NCBI GenBank assembly: GCA_022820485.1
Contig: JAJEFJ010000099.1
Span: 34,942 to 98,941, forward strand
Direction: 5' to 3'
Source of the DNA: Candidatus Latescibacterota bacterium
Lineage (GTDB): Bacteria > Latescibacterota > UBA2968 > UBA8231
DNA length: 64,000 bases
The notes beneath the pieces were generated by a model, which saw only the letters and a program-made list of their open reading frames with translations, had not been told where the DNA came from and did no database searches. The position numbers and the translations under genes are program-made. Every line of letters begins with the position of its first letter. The stretch's first letter is position 1. Of the stretch, positions 9,772 through 20,164 are shown piece after piece.

Positions 9772-11235
9772 TTATCGGGTAATTGACGACGCCAGCACGG
9801 CCAGCAGGTTGTGTGCCTGTTCCTCGGAGAGTTTGGCTCGCCGCCGCGCCTTGTCGATTAGGGTTTCGGAACTAGCGACCTTGCCCTCGGCGTATATCTT
9901 TAGGGCTTCGCGGCAGAGCGATTGCACTAAGCGGAGAGCTTGGTCGCCATCGACGCCGACCTCGGCGGCAGCATTGGCGATCTGCTCCTGCAGCCGTCCC
10001 TGCTCTAGGTCGGCCAGCGTCTTGGCCAGCAGTTTTTGCAAGAAGTGCTGGGCCTGCGCCCGCCAAGTTCCCGCGTATTCGGCGATGTCCATGACTATTC
10101 CGTCGGTGCGGGCATTAATGCGGTCCGCGGTCAGGCGCGCCAGCGAGTGGGTCAATCTATAATAGAGCGAATCGACTTGGCCCTGCGACACCCCCTCGTC
10201 GTCGTTGAGCGCTCGCACCCAATCCGGCGCTGGATGCCTCTTGGCCAACAACGACCGATTCAGCCGCGACCTAATCGTGGGTGCCGACTCAGTTTGCACG
10301 GCTTCTTGTGCCCGGCTTGGGCCAGAATCCCCGCTGGCCGCTTGCGCCGGAGTTTCCCGCGGGGCGACCGGACTTTTCTCAACGGCAATCGAGTCTTGTT
10401 GCTCCAGTTCCTTTTCTTCCGCTCGTTCCTCCCGGACTGCTACTTTCGGCACGGTAATCTCCCGCGTCTTCTCAGCGATCTCCGCCATGACTTCCTGCTT
10501 GGGCAGTAGGCGCAATCCCGGAGGCTGCCCCTTGAGCTGCACCTTGCCCTGCCACCAGATCCACTTGTTGCTCTGCCGCACTTTGTCGCGCAATTCCTCG
10601 TTGGGCAGGTCGGAATCCGGCAGCAGAAAGAGCGCGTCGAGCACCATGTCGGGCTGGGGATAGAAGCCCAGCCAGCGCCAGGGAATGCCCACTTCAAAGG
10701 TGTAGAGCTGATCGCGCCGTGCCGCGCCGGCTTTTACCGACACGAGTTCTGTAGGCTTCTGGCGCTGCATGCCCCCCCACAGATAGGGAGTACCGTTGGC
10801 CGGACTCAGCCAGATGGTATGTCCCAAGGGCTGCTCGGGGCCGCGCAGGAAAATTTTCAGGTGATCGTAGTAAAACATCGCATCCTTGCGCTCCCCGGAT
10901 GGACCGCGCCATTCGCTTTTGTCGGGGGGAATCTGTTGGGCATCTACGATATCGTCAACTACCGCGGCTGCCACGTAAACGTAGTCGGCATCCCACATCA
11001 GGTAGAGGTCGGCTTCGTGATCTGCCGAGCCGGTAAAGGCCCCCCGCACGCCCACGCGCTCGCCGCCGGGAACTAGGCCGATGCGCTCGGGTGCCCCCCA
11101 CTCGACCAATACGCCGTCGAGCGTTGGCTTGGCAGCCGTCGGCATCACGGCGACCGGCTCGGCACCGCCAGCTCCCACGGCCATCAGGCTCGCCCACGCG
11201 GCCCAGGCAGCATGCCGCATACTCACTCGTCCCAA
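9772..11235 (-). CDS. Secreted hypothetical protein (beta-rich N-domain, Pro/Glu linker, helical C-domain)
   Basis: 487 aa with signal-like AAWAAWASLMAVGAGGA. LDGVLVEWG...DLYLMWDADYVYVAAAVVDD resembles CBM9/DOMON-type carbohydrate-binding modules (weak). Confidence 0.45.
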   Translation of the reverse strand: MGRVSMRHAAWAAWASLMAVGAGGAEPVAVMPTAAKPTLDGVLVEWGAPERIGLVPGGERVGVRGAFTGSADHEADLYLMWDADYVYVAAAVVDDIVDAQQIPPDKSEWRGPSGERKDAMFYYDHLKIFLRGPEQPLGHTIWLSPANGTPYLWGGMQRQKPTELVSVKAGAARRDQLYTFEVGIPWRWLGFYPQPDMVLDALFLLPDSDLPNEELRDKVRQSNKWIWWQGKVQLKGQPPGLRLLPKQEVMAEIAEKTREITVPKVAVREERAEEKELEQQDSIAVEKSPVAPRETPAQAASGDSGPSRAQEAVQTESAPTIRSRLNRSLLAKRHPAPDWVRALNDDEGVSQGQVDSLYYRLTHSLARLTADRINARTDGIVMDIAEYAGTWRAQAQHFLQKLLAKTLADLEQGRLQEQIANAAAEVGVDGDQALRLVQSLCREALKIYAEGKVASSETLIDKARRRAKLSEEQAHNLLAVLASSITR

Positions 11236-11381
11236 TCGGGCCGCTCGAACACAGTGCTTCCCTTCCTCGACATGATTGCTCAGTCACCTAGCTATTTCGG
11301 GCGAATAGTGCGGAATGCGGGTTGGTCGGAGAATAGTACGACCGCTCTTGTAGCGGGTCAACCGCGACATGGTCGCGGTGG

Positions 11382-13451
11382 TCAATAAGCCAAGCCCACT
11401 GGTATGAGCCGTTTGATTACTGCCGCCTCCCCTTCGACTTCTAGCCCGAGCAGGTAGAGGCCGGTCGGCAAAAGTGACCCGCTGTCGTCGCGGCCGTCCC
11501 AACGAATGCGCTGTAGGCCCGACTTCTGGCTGCCTATCGCTAGGGTCGCGACTTTGCGGCCGTCGAGCGCGTGGATATTCAGCCGGGTTGCTACGGTACG
11601 GGGCAGCCCTAAGAGAGTGTACTCGATTTCCAGCAGGTCGTTGATGCCGTCGCCGTTGGGCGTGACGACCGCAGTAGAGAGGCGCAGGTCGCGGATCTTT
11701 TCGGCCTGAGTGGTTGAGGCGGCAAGGACGCGTAGGGTACTAGTGGCAATATCGTCGCCGACATCGCCGTCCTGTACGGGCTGAGGCAGGCTCTGGCGCT
11801 GGCTGTCGAGTACTTCGCCGTCGAAGGTCCAGGCAAAGTCGAAGACCTCGGCGGCGAAGACGACGCGGATCAACTCGTTGCGCCCGGCGCTCAGGCGCTC
11901 CGGCAAGTGTACTGTCAACCCGGCCGCGCTTTCGACTATCTCGCTCGCTTCCACCTGTCGCAAAGGGGTGCCCATTTCGAGGTGCTTGAACGCGGGCTGT
12001 CCGCCGGTGCGGATGCGCAGCGCGTCGAAGCCGGTGTCGCCAGCGGAAACTTCCGCTTTGACATCGTAAACAAACTCTGTCGTCGCGCCCATTTCCACCT
12101 CGGCAACGCCGCGCAGGGGCTGGGGGTCGTCCAAGCGGGCCACTTCGCCGATAACGGAGGTAGCCAGAGTCGGCGAGGTTTCGATCCACAGGGAGTCGAG
12201 CCGCACGAAGGCGTCGAAATCCTCGCTGTTCAGCACGATTTTTAGCTGTAGATGGGAGCCGGACCGCAGGCCGAGCGTTTGGCCCGACTCGAATGTTGGG
12301 ACCGACCAGAAGGTCCAGTTGTCTTGGTCGTATTCGATGCCGGCGCGAATTCCCGGCTTGGGGCGCGTCGTCAGCGTCAGCGTTCCGCCTTGGCCGTCGT
12401 CGGTGTTGACTGCCCCACTCGGGTTTTTGAGCACGTCTTGGTAGCGTTGCTGCGACACTGGGACGCGAGTGCCCATGTCGGTGAACTCGTAGTAGATGTC
12501 CGGCTTGGGGTCAATGCCAGTGCGCGCCTCGACTTGGATTGAGACGGGGGCGTCAGGGGCCTCCACCGGCTCGCCATCCACCATTCGCAGCGGGGTCGCC
12601 GACCAAGAGAAGCGGCCGAAGTTGACCTTCGGTCCCAGATCGAATATCCGCGTCTTGTACACCGCACGCAGGGGAACACCCTCGCCGAAGAGTTCGAAAT
12701 CACCAATGGTACCTCGGTGGGCTTGGCCTTTGGCGAAGATTGCCTGGGACGATATTTGCAGGGCCTCGATCTGGGCGGCTTCGAGCGAGCGCGAGAGCCG
12801 GCGGATATAGCGGGCGAAGCGCACGTACTGGCGGGGGAACTGGTGCTGTACGACGGGACGGAAATTTTCCTGCACATCGGCGATCTGCCGCCATTCGTTT
12901 GGGTTATGGGCGGCGATGTAGAGTTCGTAGGCGGGTACGACATCTTCGCGCAGACTCTTCCCGTCCGAGCGGTATCCCTGCGAGGGCGTGTAGAACCCGA
13001 AGGCGAAGATGGGCACTGGCACGGCTAGGTCGAAGGTGAAGGTGCGGCCGTCGGGACTGCCGCCCGAAGAGGGCGCGAGATAGGACGTGCTGTCGCCATC
13101 TACCAAGCGCAAATTGCCAGACACTCGCGGTCTTTCGCCGTCGACGTAGCCCAGTTCGCGGGGATTCCAACTGCCCCAGTTGGTCAGATAGGAAAAGACG
13201 GAGCGGTCGGGCTGTATATAGACGGGCTGTATCGCGCCGGGCGTGGTCGTCTCATCGATGAGAATGGCGACCGAGTCGTGCTCGGCCCATTCCAAGCCGC
13301 TACCGCCTAGCTGCCACAAGGCAATGTCGGCCTCCGCTGTGGAGATCCACGACGCGACCAGCCATAGCAAGATGAGCGCATAGGTCATCTGATTCCTATG
13401 GCTGAGTGCTCGGCAGGTAGTCAGGCGTTGGGTTGGTTTCGACTTGTCCAT
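11382..13451 (-). CDS. Secreted large protein with a discoidin-like segment and a C-terminal FlgD-Ig-like domain
   Basis: 689 aa. N-terminal hydrophobic helix, then LVDGDSTSYLAP. The C-terminus VVTPNGDGINDLLEIEYTL...IHALDGRKVATL...WDGRDDSGSLLPTGLYLLGLEV fits the FlgD_ig pattern. Confidence 0.6.
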   Translation of the reverse strand: MDKSKPTQRLTTCRALSHRNQMTYALILLWLVASWISTAEADIALWQLGGSGLEWAEHDSVAILIDETTTPGAIQPVYIQPDRSVFSYLTNWGSWNPRELGYVDGERPRVSGNLRLVDGDSTSYLAPSSGGSPDGRTFTFDLAVPVPIFAFGFYTPSQGYRSDGKSLREDVVPAYELYIAAHNPNEWRQIADVQENFRPVVQHQFPRQYVRFARYIRRLSRSLEAAQIEALQISSQAIFAKGQAHRGTIGDFELFGEGVPLRAVYKTRIFDLGPKVNFGRFSWSATPLRMVDGEPVEAPDAPVSIQVEARTGIDPKPDIYYEFTDMGTRVPVSQQRYQDVLKNPSGAVNTDDGQGGTLTLTTRPKPGIRAGIEYDQDNWTFWSVPTFESGQTLGLRSGSHLQLKIVLNSEDFDAFVRLDSLWIETSPTLATSVIGEVARLDDPQPLRGVAEVEMGATTEFVYDVKAEVSAGDTGFDALRIRTGGQPAFKHLEMGTPLRQVEASEIVESAAGLTVHLPERLSAGRNELIRVVFAAEVFDFAWTFDGEVLDSQRQSLPQPVQDGDVGDDIATSTLRVLAASTTQAEKIRDLRLSTAVVTPNGDGINDLLEIEYTLLGLPRTVATRLNIHALDGRKVATLAIGSQKSGLQRIRWDGRDDSGSLLPTGLYLLGLEVEGEAAVIKRLIPVGLAY

Positions 13452-15754
13452 CAGTAGGCTACCGAGATTAGGTGGTTCTCGCTGCGGGTAAGCGCGTCGC
13501 CTTCCGCGGTGACGCGGAGGATGTAGATACCGGGTGCGACCGTGCGACCTTGGCTATCGCGTCCGTCCCATTGATAGGTCTGGTGCCCGGCTGTGGTGGC
13601 TGCGTCGCTGATGAGGGCGACCCGGCGGCCAGTCAAGGTATAGACGCCGATAATGACTGGTCGGGGATCGAGCACTTTGAACAGGTCGAGGTCAATTTGC
13701 AACCGGTCTGAGATACCGTCGCCATTGGGCGTTATTACCCGGTTCGATAGCGACAGATCCGCAAAGAGTCGCCCGTCGGTGGGCAGGGAGACAAATATCC
13801 GGTCGCTGGCAATAGCCGCCTCGGCGTCGCCCGGATCGACCTGTTGACGCGCAGTGGTTGACAGGGCGCTGTTGAACAGAAAGGCTTCAAAGCGGGTCTG
13901 GTTGAGATAGAGGGTGCTCTCAAAGTCGATTTCGATTAGGGTCGAGCGGCGAACCGGCTCGGAGAGGAAGAGCTTGAAACCATTTTCAGTTTCTTCGACC
14001 GTGGGGGCGATTGGCTCGCCGGCGAGGCGCAGCGCGCGGAAGGAGGCCCCGGCGGTGGAGGCGAGTTGGATCTGATCGAAGCCCCGGCTCGATGAGACGA
14101 ACTCGGAGCGAAGATAGTAGGTAAACTGACTCATTTCGCCGGGGGCAACCTCGACGGGAAAGACTTCGGCTCGCGTCTCTTGAGCGAGCGGATTGTCGAA
14201 TTCGAGGACGATCTCGTCTAAAGTGGCGGCGGTGAAAGGATCTTCGGAGAGGAAGCGAATGTCCAATTGCACGTAGCGTCGAGGACCGGGCGAGAGAAAG
14301 ACTTGGCCAGAGGTCGCGTAAGCCCGGCTCCAGTTGCTCCAGTCGGCTCCGGCGGCGCGGATGGTGTCGATGGCTCCTCGGAAGCTGGGGATCAGCTTGT
14401 CGTATTTTCGCTGGGTGACTTGCTTGCCGTTTTTGTCGTAGAAGACGTACTGGTTGTCGAGGATGTTGCCGGTGCGGCTGCGAATTTCGACGTGAGACCC
14501 CGGCGGCGCGTCGAGGTTCCAGCCGATTTCCGCAATGTGCTGTATGGAACCGAGGTCGTAAATGGGCGAACGCGCCCTGACTTCGGCGGGGTAGCCCTCG
14601 CCAAATACCTGCCATTCGGCCGTGGTGCCGATGCGGCCGTTAAAGGCTTCAAAGCCCTCGGACATGGGGAAAATCAGCCGCACGTGGCGGACTTTGCGCA
14701 AGGGGAAGCGCTCTTGAAAGTGGCGGACTTGCGTTAGGTTGCGGCGATCCGAGGGCAATTCGCCCAGCAGTTCCCAACTCAACGAGCCATCCGGTGCCCG
14801 GGAGCCGTCGGAGACAAAAAACTGATACCACAGATAATTGAAGACGCCAGACCGGTGGCGACCCGAGCCTTTGCCCGGGGCTACGCCGCTGTCATCGCCC
14901 AGCATCCGCACCCGATCCACCCAGTATAGCGCACCTAGGTCTATTTCGAACTGTCCGATCTGCTGTTCGGGCTGGGTACCCGAGCCGCCGCGATGCACCG
15001 TGCCCCAGTAGGTGGTGATATCGCCATCGACGAGGGTATTGCTGATCCCCTTCGACTCGATGAGCGTGCGGCCCAACTTAGAGGTGGCTTCAGAAATGAT
15101 TTCGACGCTGCCCCCGCGGCCCCAGATCCCCAGCGAAAGGTTGTCGCCGATGCTTTCGACCACCACCTCGCTCAGGCGGATATTCTCCGTGGGCAGGTCG
15201 GCTTCAATGCGGATATTCTTCAGCGGCTTAAGCTCATAGTCGATCTCGATGATGTGGGCTTGGTTAAAGCTGTAGCGCCAGCGCTTGTTGTAGCGCAGGG
15301 TGCCAGGGAGGATGGAATTGGCATTGCTGAAAAAAGGCTCGCCGTCGGAGGTAAGGACTTTGAAAAACTCCAGCGGGGTGCTGTCGGCGGCGAAGTGGAG
15401 CTGGATGTTGCGCGCCGAGACCACGCGCCCCAGATCGACTTCAATCCACCAATCCTCGACGCGGGCGTTTGGATCGGGTGCCCAATAGGTCGCCGGATCG
15501 CCGTCGATGAAATGGCGGGCGTCGCCGGGGTTGGAGCCGACTTTGCGGATGCCGCCGCTGGCAAAGTCTAAGGCGTTGGCCACGGCGTTGATGTTGCGGC
15601 GGACAAAGGTGGGTTTGAGCGTACCGCGTGCGACTTCGACGGCGTTGCCGGGCAGTTGCCATTGGCGCCAGTCGTTGGAGGTGGCGATGCGAAGTTGGTC
15701 GCCAGCGAGGGGCGTGGCGAGCAGTAGAGCACTTATGAGGATGGCGTTGCGCAT
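13451..15754 (-). CDS. Secreted large protein, two F5/8-type-C (discoidin)-like segments plus a C-terminal FlgD-Ig-like domain
   Basis: 767 aa with a signal peptide. FIDGDPATYWAPDP...WWIEVDLGRVVSARNIQLHF and LVDGDITTYWGT...FEIDLGALYWVDRV. The C-terminus is ITPNGDGISDRLQIDL...YTLTGRRVALI...WDGRDSQGRTVAPGIYILRV. ATGA overlap with the next gene. Confidence 0.6.
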   Translation of the reverse strand: MRNAILISALLLATPLAGDQLRIATSNDWRQWQLPGNAVEVARGTLKPTFVRRNINAVANALDFASGGIRKVGSNPGDARHFIDGDPATYWAPDPNARVEDWWIEVDLGRVVSARNIQLHFAADSTPLEFFKVLTSDGEPFFSNANSILPGTLRYNKRWRYSFNQAHIIEIDYELKPLKNIRIEADLPTENIRLSEVVVESIGDNLSLGIWGRGGSVEIISEATSKLGRTLIESKGISNTLVDGDITTYWGTVHRGGSGTQPEQQIGQFEIDLGALYWVDRVRMLGDDSGVAPGKGSGRHRSGVFNYLWYQFFVSDGSRAPDGSLSWELLGELPSDRRNLTQVRHFQERFPLRKVRHVRLIFPMSEGFEAFNGRIGTTAEWQVFGEGYPAEVRARSPIYDLGSIQHIAEIGWNLDAPPGSHVEIRSRTGNILDNQYVFYDKNGKQVTQRKYDKLIPSFRGAIDTIRAAGADWSNWSRAYATSGQVFLSPGPRRYVQLDIRFLSEDPFTAATLDEIVLEFDNPLAQETRAEVFPVEVAPGEMSQFTYYLRSEFVSSSRGFDQIQLASTAGASFRALRLAGEPIAPTVEETENGFKLFLSEPVRRSTLIEIDFESTLYLNQTRFEAFLFNSALSTTARQQVDPGDAEAAIASDRIFVSLPTDGRLFADLSLSNRVITPNGDGISDRLQIDLDLFKVLDPRPVIIGVYTLTGRRVALISDAATTAGHQTYQWDGRDSQGRTVAPGIYILRVTAEGDALTRSENHLISVAY

Positions 15755-15833
15755 GGGATGTATCCGGTTGAGCCAAGCCTATAATCCAATATAGGACGCG
15801 CAAAAGGAGTCTAACAACAAATAATTCCCCGCG

Positions 15834-16211
15834 CTAGGCCACTCCGATGGAAGCGTGGATCTGCGCAAACTTCCATTCACCCGCCTCCCGCTCCAAGACG
15901 CCCGTCAAACGCAGGGCCAGTTCCTCGTCTTGGCCCTGCCATTTGAGCCGCCACTGCTGCCGGGTGTAGAACCAAGCCACCGAGTCGCGCTCCTGCACGT
16001 CGAGATGTTCTGTGTCGATGGTGAAATCCTGGGTACTGGCGACGTGGTGATGGTAGTACTGGACAGCGCGCCCACCGCCCTCGATGTATTCCCCCGGTTC
16101 AGTGCCGATCTTGACAAAGTGATCGGCTGGGGAGATGAGATCGATGAGCCGGTCGGCATCGCCTGTTGTCAACGCGGCGAAGTAGGCCTCGACCGTCTGG
16201 CGGGCGTTCAC
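15834..16211 (-). CDS. SnoaL/NTF2-like fold protein
   Basis: 125 aa. QTVEAYFAALTTGDADRLIDLISPD...W(K)FAQIH is typical of the NTF2-like family. Confidence 0.6.
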   Translation of the reverse strand: MNARQTVEAYFAALTTGDADRLIDLISPADHFVKIGTEPGEYIEGGGRAVQYYHHHVASTQDFTIDTEHLDVQERDSVAWFYTRQQWRLKWQGQDEELALRLTGVLEREAGEWKFAQIHASIGVA

Positions 16212-16375
16212 TGCACTCGCTCGTGGGGAATGGAGGCTTGGGGCACAATGGCAATCTCCTCAGTGAATTTGCAGGTAGCGTAACTTCTTGCGATCCGCAG
16301 CAATCCGCAAGTTTGACAGCCAACGGCTCGCTTGTATAATTGAGCCTCCTCATCGCTTTCCTAGTATCCGACGCC

Positions 16376-17476
16376 ATGGCCCGCATCCTGCTCGCCCTTT
16401 TCATCGCCGTTCCGCTCCGCGCCGATATCTACGACCGCCTCGACGAGCTGACCCATCACCTGCGCTCGGGTGGGGTGCCCCGCGACGGCATCCCGGCCAT
16501 GACCAACCCCCTGAGCGTTGCGCCGGAAGACGCGCACTATCTCGCGGATTCGGATCTAGTCCTCGGCGTGGTGGCAAACGGCGCAGCGCGGGCTTATCCG
16601 CATCGCCTCGGTTGGAAGCACGAAGTCATCAACGACCAGCTCGGCGGCCAGTACATCAGCGTCACGTTCTGCCCGCTGACTAGCACTGGACTCGTTTTTG
16701 ACGCGATGGCTGCGGACTCAACACAAATCGAACTCGGCGTTTCCGGCATGATACTCAACAGCAACTTGGTGCTGTACGACCGACGCGACGAGAAAACCCT
16801 GTACCCGCAGATGATCTACACCGGCATTAGTGGCACGCGCAAAGGGCAGTGCCTCCAGCTCTTGCCCGTGATCGAGACGACGTGGGGCCTGTGGCGTGCG
16901 CTGCATCCGCACACCACGGTCGTCCAAGCGGCGACCGGCCTCGACCGCTACCCGGATTATATCCGCGCCCTGTATCCGCTCGATGCGTACGGCCACTACC
17001 CTTATGGCAATTACCGCAGCGACCATCGGATGATTATTTTTCCGCTGACTACCGCTCGGCCTAGCGATCGATTGTCGGCCAAGGAAATGGTCTTGGGATT
17101 GCGAGTCGCTGGCGAGAGCAGGGCCTATCCGTTCAGCAGGATGCCCGCTAAGGCCGTCATCAATGATCGCATTGGCGACCGAGATATGCTGGTGCTCTAC
17201 GACGCCGAGACGGCCACTGCCATTCCCTACAGCCGCGTTGTTCGCGGCCAAGTTTTGAGCTTTCGCATCCTCGGCCGCACCGGCGACCTGCCTTTGGCCT
17301 TTGCCGACGTAGAGACCGGCAGCGAGTGGAACATGCTCGGCGAGGCCCTTGCTGGCCCGCTCAAGGGAGCGCAGTTAGAGCAGATCCCAGCCTATAATTC
17401 GATGTGGTTTGGGTGGTCGGCCTACTGGCCGGATACCCGCTTGTGGAATGGCGAGGGCATCTTGCCCCCACCCTGA
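16376..17476 (+). CDS. DUF3179-domain protein
   Basis: Internal ATG of track ORF 16340..17476. GVPRDGIPAMTNP...AYPHRLGWKHEVINDQLGGQYISVTFCPLTSTGLVFD is the hallmark DUF3179 block. Confidence 0.7.
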   Translation: MARILLALFIAVPLRADIYDRLDELTHHLRSGGVPRDGIPAMTNPLSVAPEDAHYLADSDLVLGVVANGAARAYPHRLGWKHEVINDQLGGQYISVTFCPLTSTGLVFDAMAADSTQIELGVSGMILNSNLVLYDRRDEKTLYPQMIYTGISGTRKGQCLQLLPVIETTWGLWRALHPHTTVVQAATGLDRYPDYIRALYPLDAYGHYPYGNYRSDHRMIIFPLTTARPSDRLSAKEMVLGLRVAGESRAYPFSRMPAKAVINDRIGDRDMLVLYDAETATAIPYSRVVRGQVLSFRILGRTGDLPLAFADVETGSEWNMLGEALAGPLKGAQLEQIPAYNSMWFGWSAYWPDTRLWNGEGILPPP

Positions 17477-17496
17477 TTCTGAGAAGGAGCTTGGCT

Positions 17497-18630
17497 ATGC
17501 ACGAAGTCCCCAAAGGGAAAATTACTTGCATTGAAAAATGCGTGCTGCGCGGCACTCGGCCGCGCTACATAGGCTTCAACGCCCGCATTCCCGCGCACGG
17601 ATCGCAGATCTCGGATCCGGTCGTCCGAATTCGCACGGACAGTGGGGCTTGGGGCTTGGGTTGGTCGCGCATTGGCGAGGACGAGGCGCGGGCGCTGCTC
17701 GGCAAGGAGATCGGCGATCTCTTCCAACTCCCCGACGGCTGCCTGCCCGCAGGCCGCAACCTCGACCTGCCGCTGTGGGATTTGGTGGCGCGGATGATGG
17801 ATTTGCCGCTGTACCGCCTGCTCGGTGCCCGCGGCAAACGCGAGGTCGAAGTGTACGACGGCTCGGTCTATATCGACGATTTGGAAGCCACAGATGAGGA
17901 ACAGGTCAAAGACATCTTCCGCGGCGAAGTAGAAACCGGCCATGAGCACGGCTATTTGCACTTTAAGATCAAGGTTGGCCGCGGCGCGCGCTGGATGCCC
18001 ACGGATGCGGGCCTCAAGCGCGACGAGCTGGTCATTCGCACGGTGCGCGAAGCCGCCGGCCCGCAGGCCAAGGTGCTTATCGACGCCAACATGGGCAATA
18101 CGCTCAACACGGCTATCGCCCTGTTGGACGCCTGCGCGGACGTGGACATCTATTGGTTTGAGGAGCCTTTTGCCGAAGACGCTCCGCTCAATCAAGCACT
18201 CAAGGAACACATCGTCTCAAATGACTGGGACACGCTGGTGGCCGACGGGGAATTTGCGCCGCCGCCGTACTTTTTTGATTTGGTAGAGAAGGGATTTATC
18301 GACGTGGTGCAGCACGATTTTCGCGCCATGGGGCTGACGTGGTGGCGGAGCACGTCGGCACGGCTAGAGCAGTGGAACGCGCTCTGCGCCCCCCACTGCT
18401 GGGGGTCGTACGTCGAGCGCTTTCACCACGCCCATTTCGCCGCTTCGATCCCCAACTTCTGCCTGCTCGAAGCCGCACCGGCTGCCATGACCGGGCTAAT
18501 CACCGATGGCTGGCGACTGGCCGACTCCATCCTGCACGTACCCGACACACCCGGCGCAGGTCTCGACATCGAGCCGCGCATCTTCGCGCAGGGCATGGAG
18601 GATCGAGAGGGATTTAGGGTGGCGATTTGA
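17497..18630 (+). CDS. Enolase-superfamily enzyme (mandelate racemase/muconate lactonizing type)
   Basis: ATG at 17497 preceded by GAGAAGGAG. KIKVGRG, LIDANMGNTLNTAIALL, IYWFEEPF are the metal-ligand D/E/E blocks. Confidence 0.75.
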   Translation: MHEVPKGKITCIEKCVLRGTRPRYIGFNARIPAHGSQISDPVVRIRTDSGAWGLGWSRIGEDEARALLGKEIGDLFQLPDGCLPAGRNLDLPLWDLVARMMDLPLYRLLGARGKREVEVYDGSVYIDDLEATDEEQVKDIFRGEVETGHEHGYLHFKIKVGRGARWMPTDAGLKRDELVIRTVREAAGPQAKVLIDANMGNTLNTAIALLDACADVDIYWFEEPFAEDAPLNQALKEHIVSNDWDTLVADGEFAPPPYFFDLVEKGFIDVVQHDFRAMGLTWWRSTSARLEQWNALCAPHCWGSYVERFHHAHFAASIPNFCLLEAAPAAMTGLITDGWRLADSILHVPDTPGAGLDIEPRIFAQGMEDREGFRVAI

Positions 18631-18748
18631 GGGTGAAAAATAAAGAATAGGGAGGCGAAAATCGCAGTTATGCATATCTTTGTACAATCCCCTTTATCCC
18701 CTGCCGTTTTTCTGTCCTAAATACGCTGTAAGTGAGGAGGAGTGTGCG

Positions 18749-20164
18749 ATGACAGACGATCTTCATATCAACCCGTTCGAGAAGATCGACACCAATCAGG
18801 TCGCCGAAGATCTGCATATCGTAGAGGATAGCCAACGGAACGCGAGGCGGGGGCGGCCCGCATTAGACAGTGCAGAAGACGATCTCGACCCCACGGAACG
18901 CAAGGTTATCGGGCTAATTGAGAGCGCTCAAGCGCAGGCACAGCAGGTGTGTGAGAGCGAGCTAAAAGCCTACCGGGAGCGGCTCGTCGCGCTAGATTTT
19001 CGGGAGCAGCTAAGCTCTATTGACATTGAAACGGCCAAACAACGAGCGGAATTCGATCAGCACGTCGATAAGGCCATCGTGGAGTTGAGCAGAGAACAAC
19101 AGGGGCTGCGCCGCAAAAAAGAAGACATGCAGCAGTTTAAGGAACAAAATGGCCTTCACCGCGAGCCGCAGCCCCGCAGTTGGGACGATAAGATATTTAA
19201 CATCGGCATCATCGCCGTGCTCTTTCTCATTGAGACATTCGGCAATGCCTCCTTTCTGGCCAAGGGCAACGAATTTGGGCTGTTCGGCGCGTACACCGAG
19301 GCGATTGTCATTTCGTTTGTCAACCTCGGGATTGCCTTTTTGCTCGGCATCCTCGTGACCAATTTTAACCACGTTCACCGGGTCAGAAAGTCCGTGGGCA
19401 TCCTCACCGCAGTGGTGTTTCTGGCCTTTGCATTGTTTTTCAACTTGATGGTGGCGCACTATAGGGAAACAACGGGCACAGTGCTCGACGAAGGGGGCAA
19501 ACTCGCCATCGCCGCTTTTGGCGCAAATCCATTGGGGCTGGAGGACTTCCAATCGTGGATCCTGTTCTTCATGGGATTCCTCTTTGCGATTATTAGCTTT
19601 ATCGATGGAATCCTATGGGATGATCGCTATCCGGGGTACGCCAAGTGTGCGCACGTGTTTGCGGAGGCCGACGAAGCATACAACGAATTCTATCAGTCCT
19701 GCCTAAAGGGATTGAAGGAAACGTCGAATGAGGCGGTGCAGGCGCTGGAGAACATCAAGCAAAACCTTTTGCTCGCCGGGCGACAACACGATTCTATCAT
19801 CGACGATCATCGCCGCCTTATCAGATCGTTCGACGATCATCTAGATCACTTGGAGCACGCGTGCAACCACTTGCTCCAGCTCTACCGGGATACCAACCGG
19901 GCGATGCGCGACGGCGAAGCGCCAGCGCGATTCAAGAAGCCTTGGCATATCGTGAAAACGCCCATCGACACCAGCTTGCCAAAGGCCATGCTGACGCGCG
20001 AGGAAATTTTGAAGATCACTAGCGCCGCAGAAATAAAAATTGACAAAGGCGTCGCCGAACTACACACTCAGTACGATATGGGCAGCGAGGAATTGCGCCC
20101 GTTGGCTCCGCATCGGAGGCAGGCGGATAGCCGGATCCCGAGGGACGACCAGGAAGAGAGTTAA
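18749..20164 (+). CDS. Unassigned integral membrane protein: coiled-coil-like N-region, four TM helices, helical His/Asp-rich C-region
   Basis: ATG at 18749 preceded by GAGGAGG, inside track ORF 18680..20164. Hydrophobic helices: IFNIGIIAVLFLIETFGNASFL, LFGAYTEAIVISFVNLGIAFLLGILV, VGILTAVVFLAFALFFNLMVAHY, WILFFMGFLFAIISFIDGILW. I recognise no named family. Confidence 0.6.
   Translation: MTDDLHINPFEKIDTNQVAEDLHIVEDSQRNARRGRPALDSAEDDLDPTERKVIGLIESAQAQAQQVCESELKAYRERLVALDFREQLSSIDIETAKQRAEFDQHVDKAIVELSREQQGLRRKKEDMQQFKEQNGLHREPQPRSWDDKIFNIGIIAVLFLIETFGNASFLAKGNEFGLFGAYTEAIVISFVNLGIAFLLGILVTNFNHVHRVRKSVGILTAVVFLAFALFFNLMVAHYRETTGTVLDEGGKLAIAAFGANPLGLEDFQSWILFFMGFLFAIISFIDGILWDDRYPGYAKCAHVFAEADEAYNEFYQSCLKGLKETSNEAVQALENIKQNLLLAGRQHDSIIDDHRRLIRSFDDHLDHLEHACNHLLQLYRDTNRAMRDGEAPARFKKPWHIVKTPIDTSLPKAMLTREEILKITSAAEIKIDKGVAELHTQYDMGSEELRPLAPHRRQADSRIPRDDQEES

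Noticed and set aside
17404-17496. N-terminal extensions of track ORFs that overlap the preceding gene. The same applies at 52101..52223, 58113..58160, 27094..27144, 30665..30748, 31199..31363 and 39974..40132.
   Set aside because: In each case an internal ATG with a good Shine-Dalgarno sequence coincides with the start of family-typical sequence. The upstream residues are compositionally aberrant.
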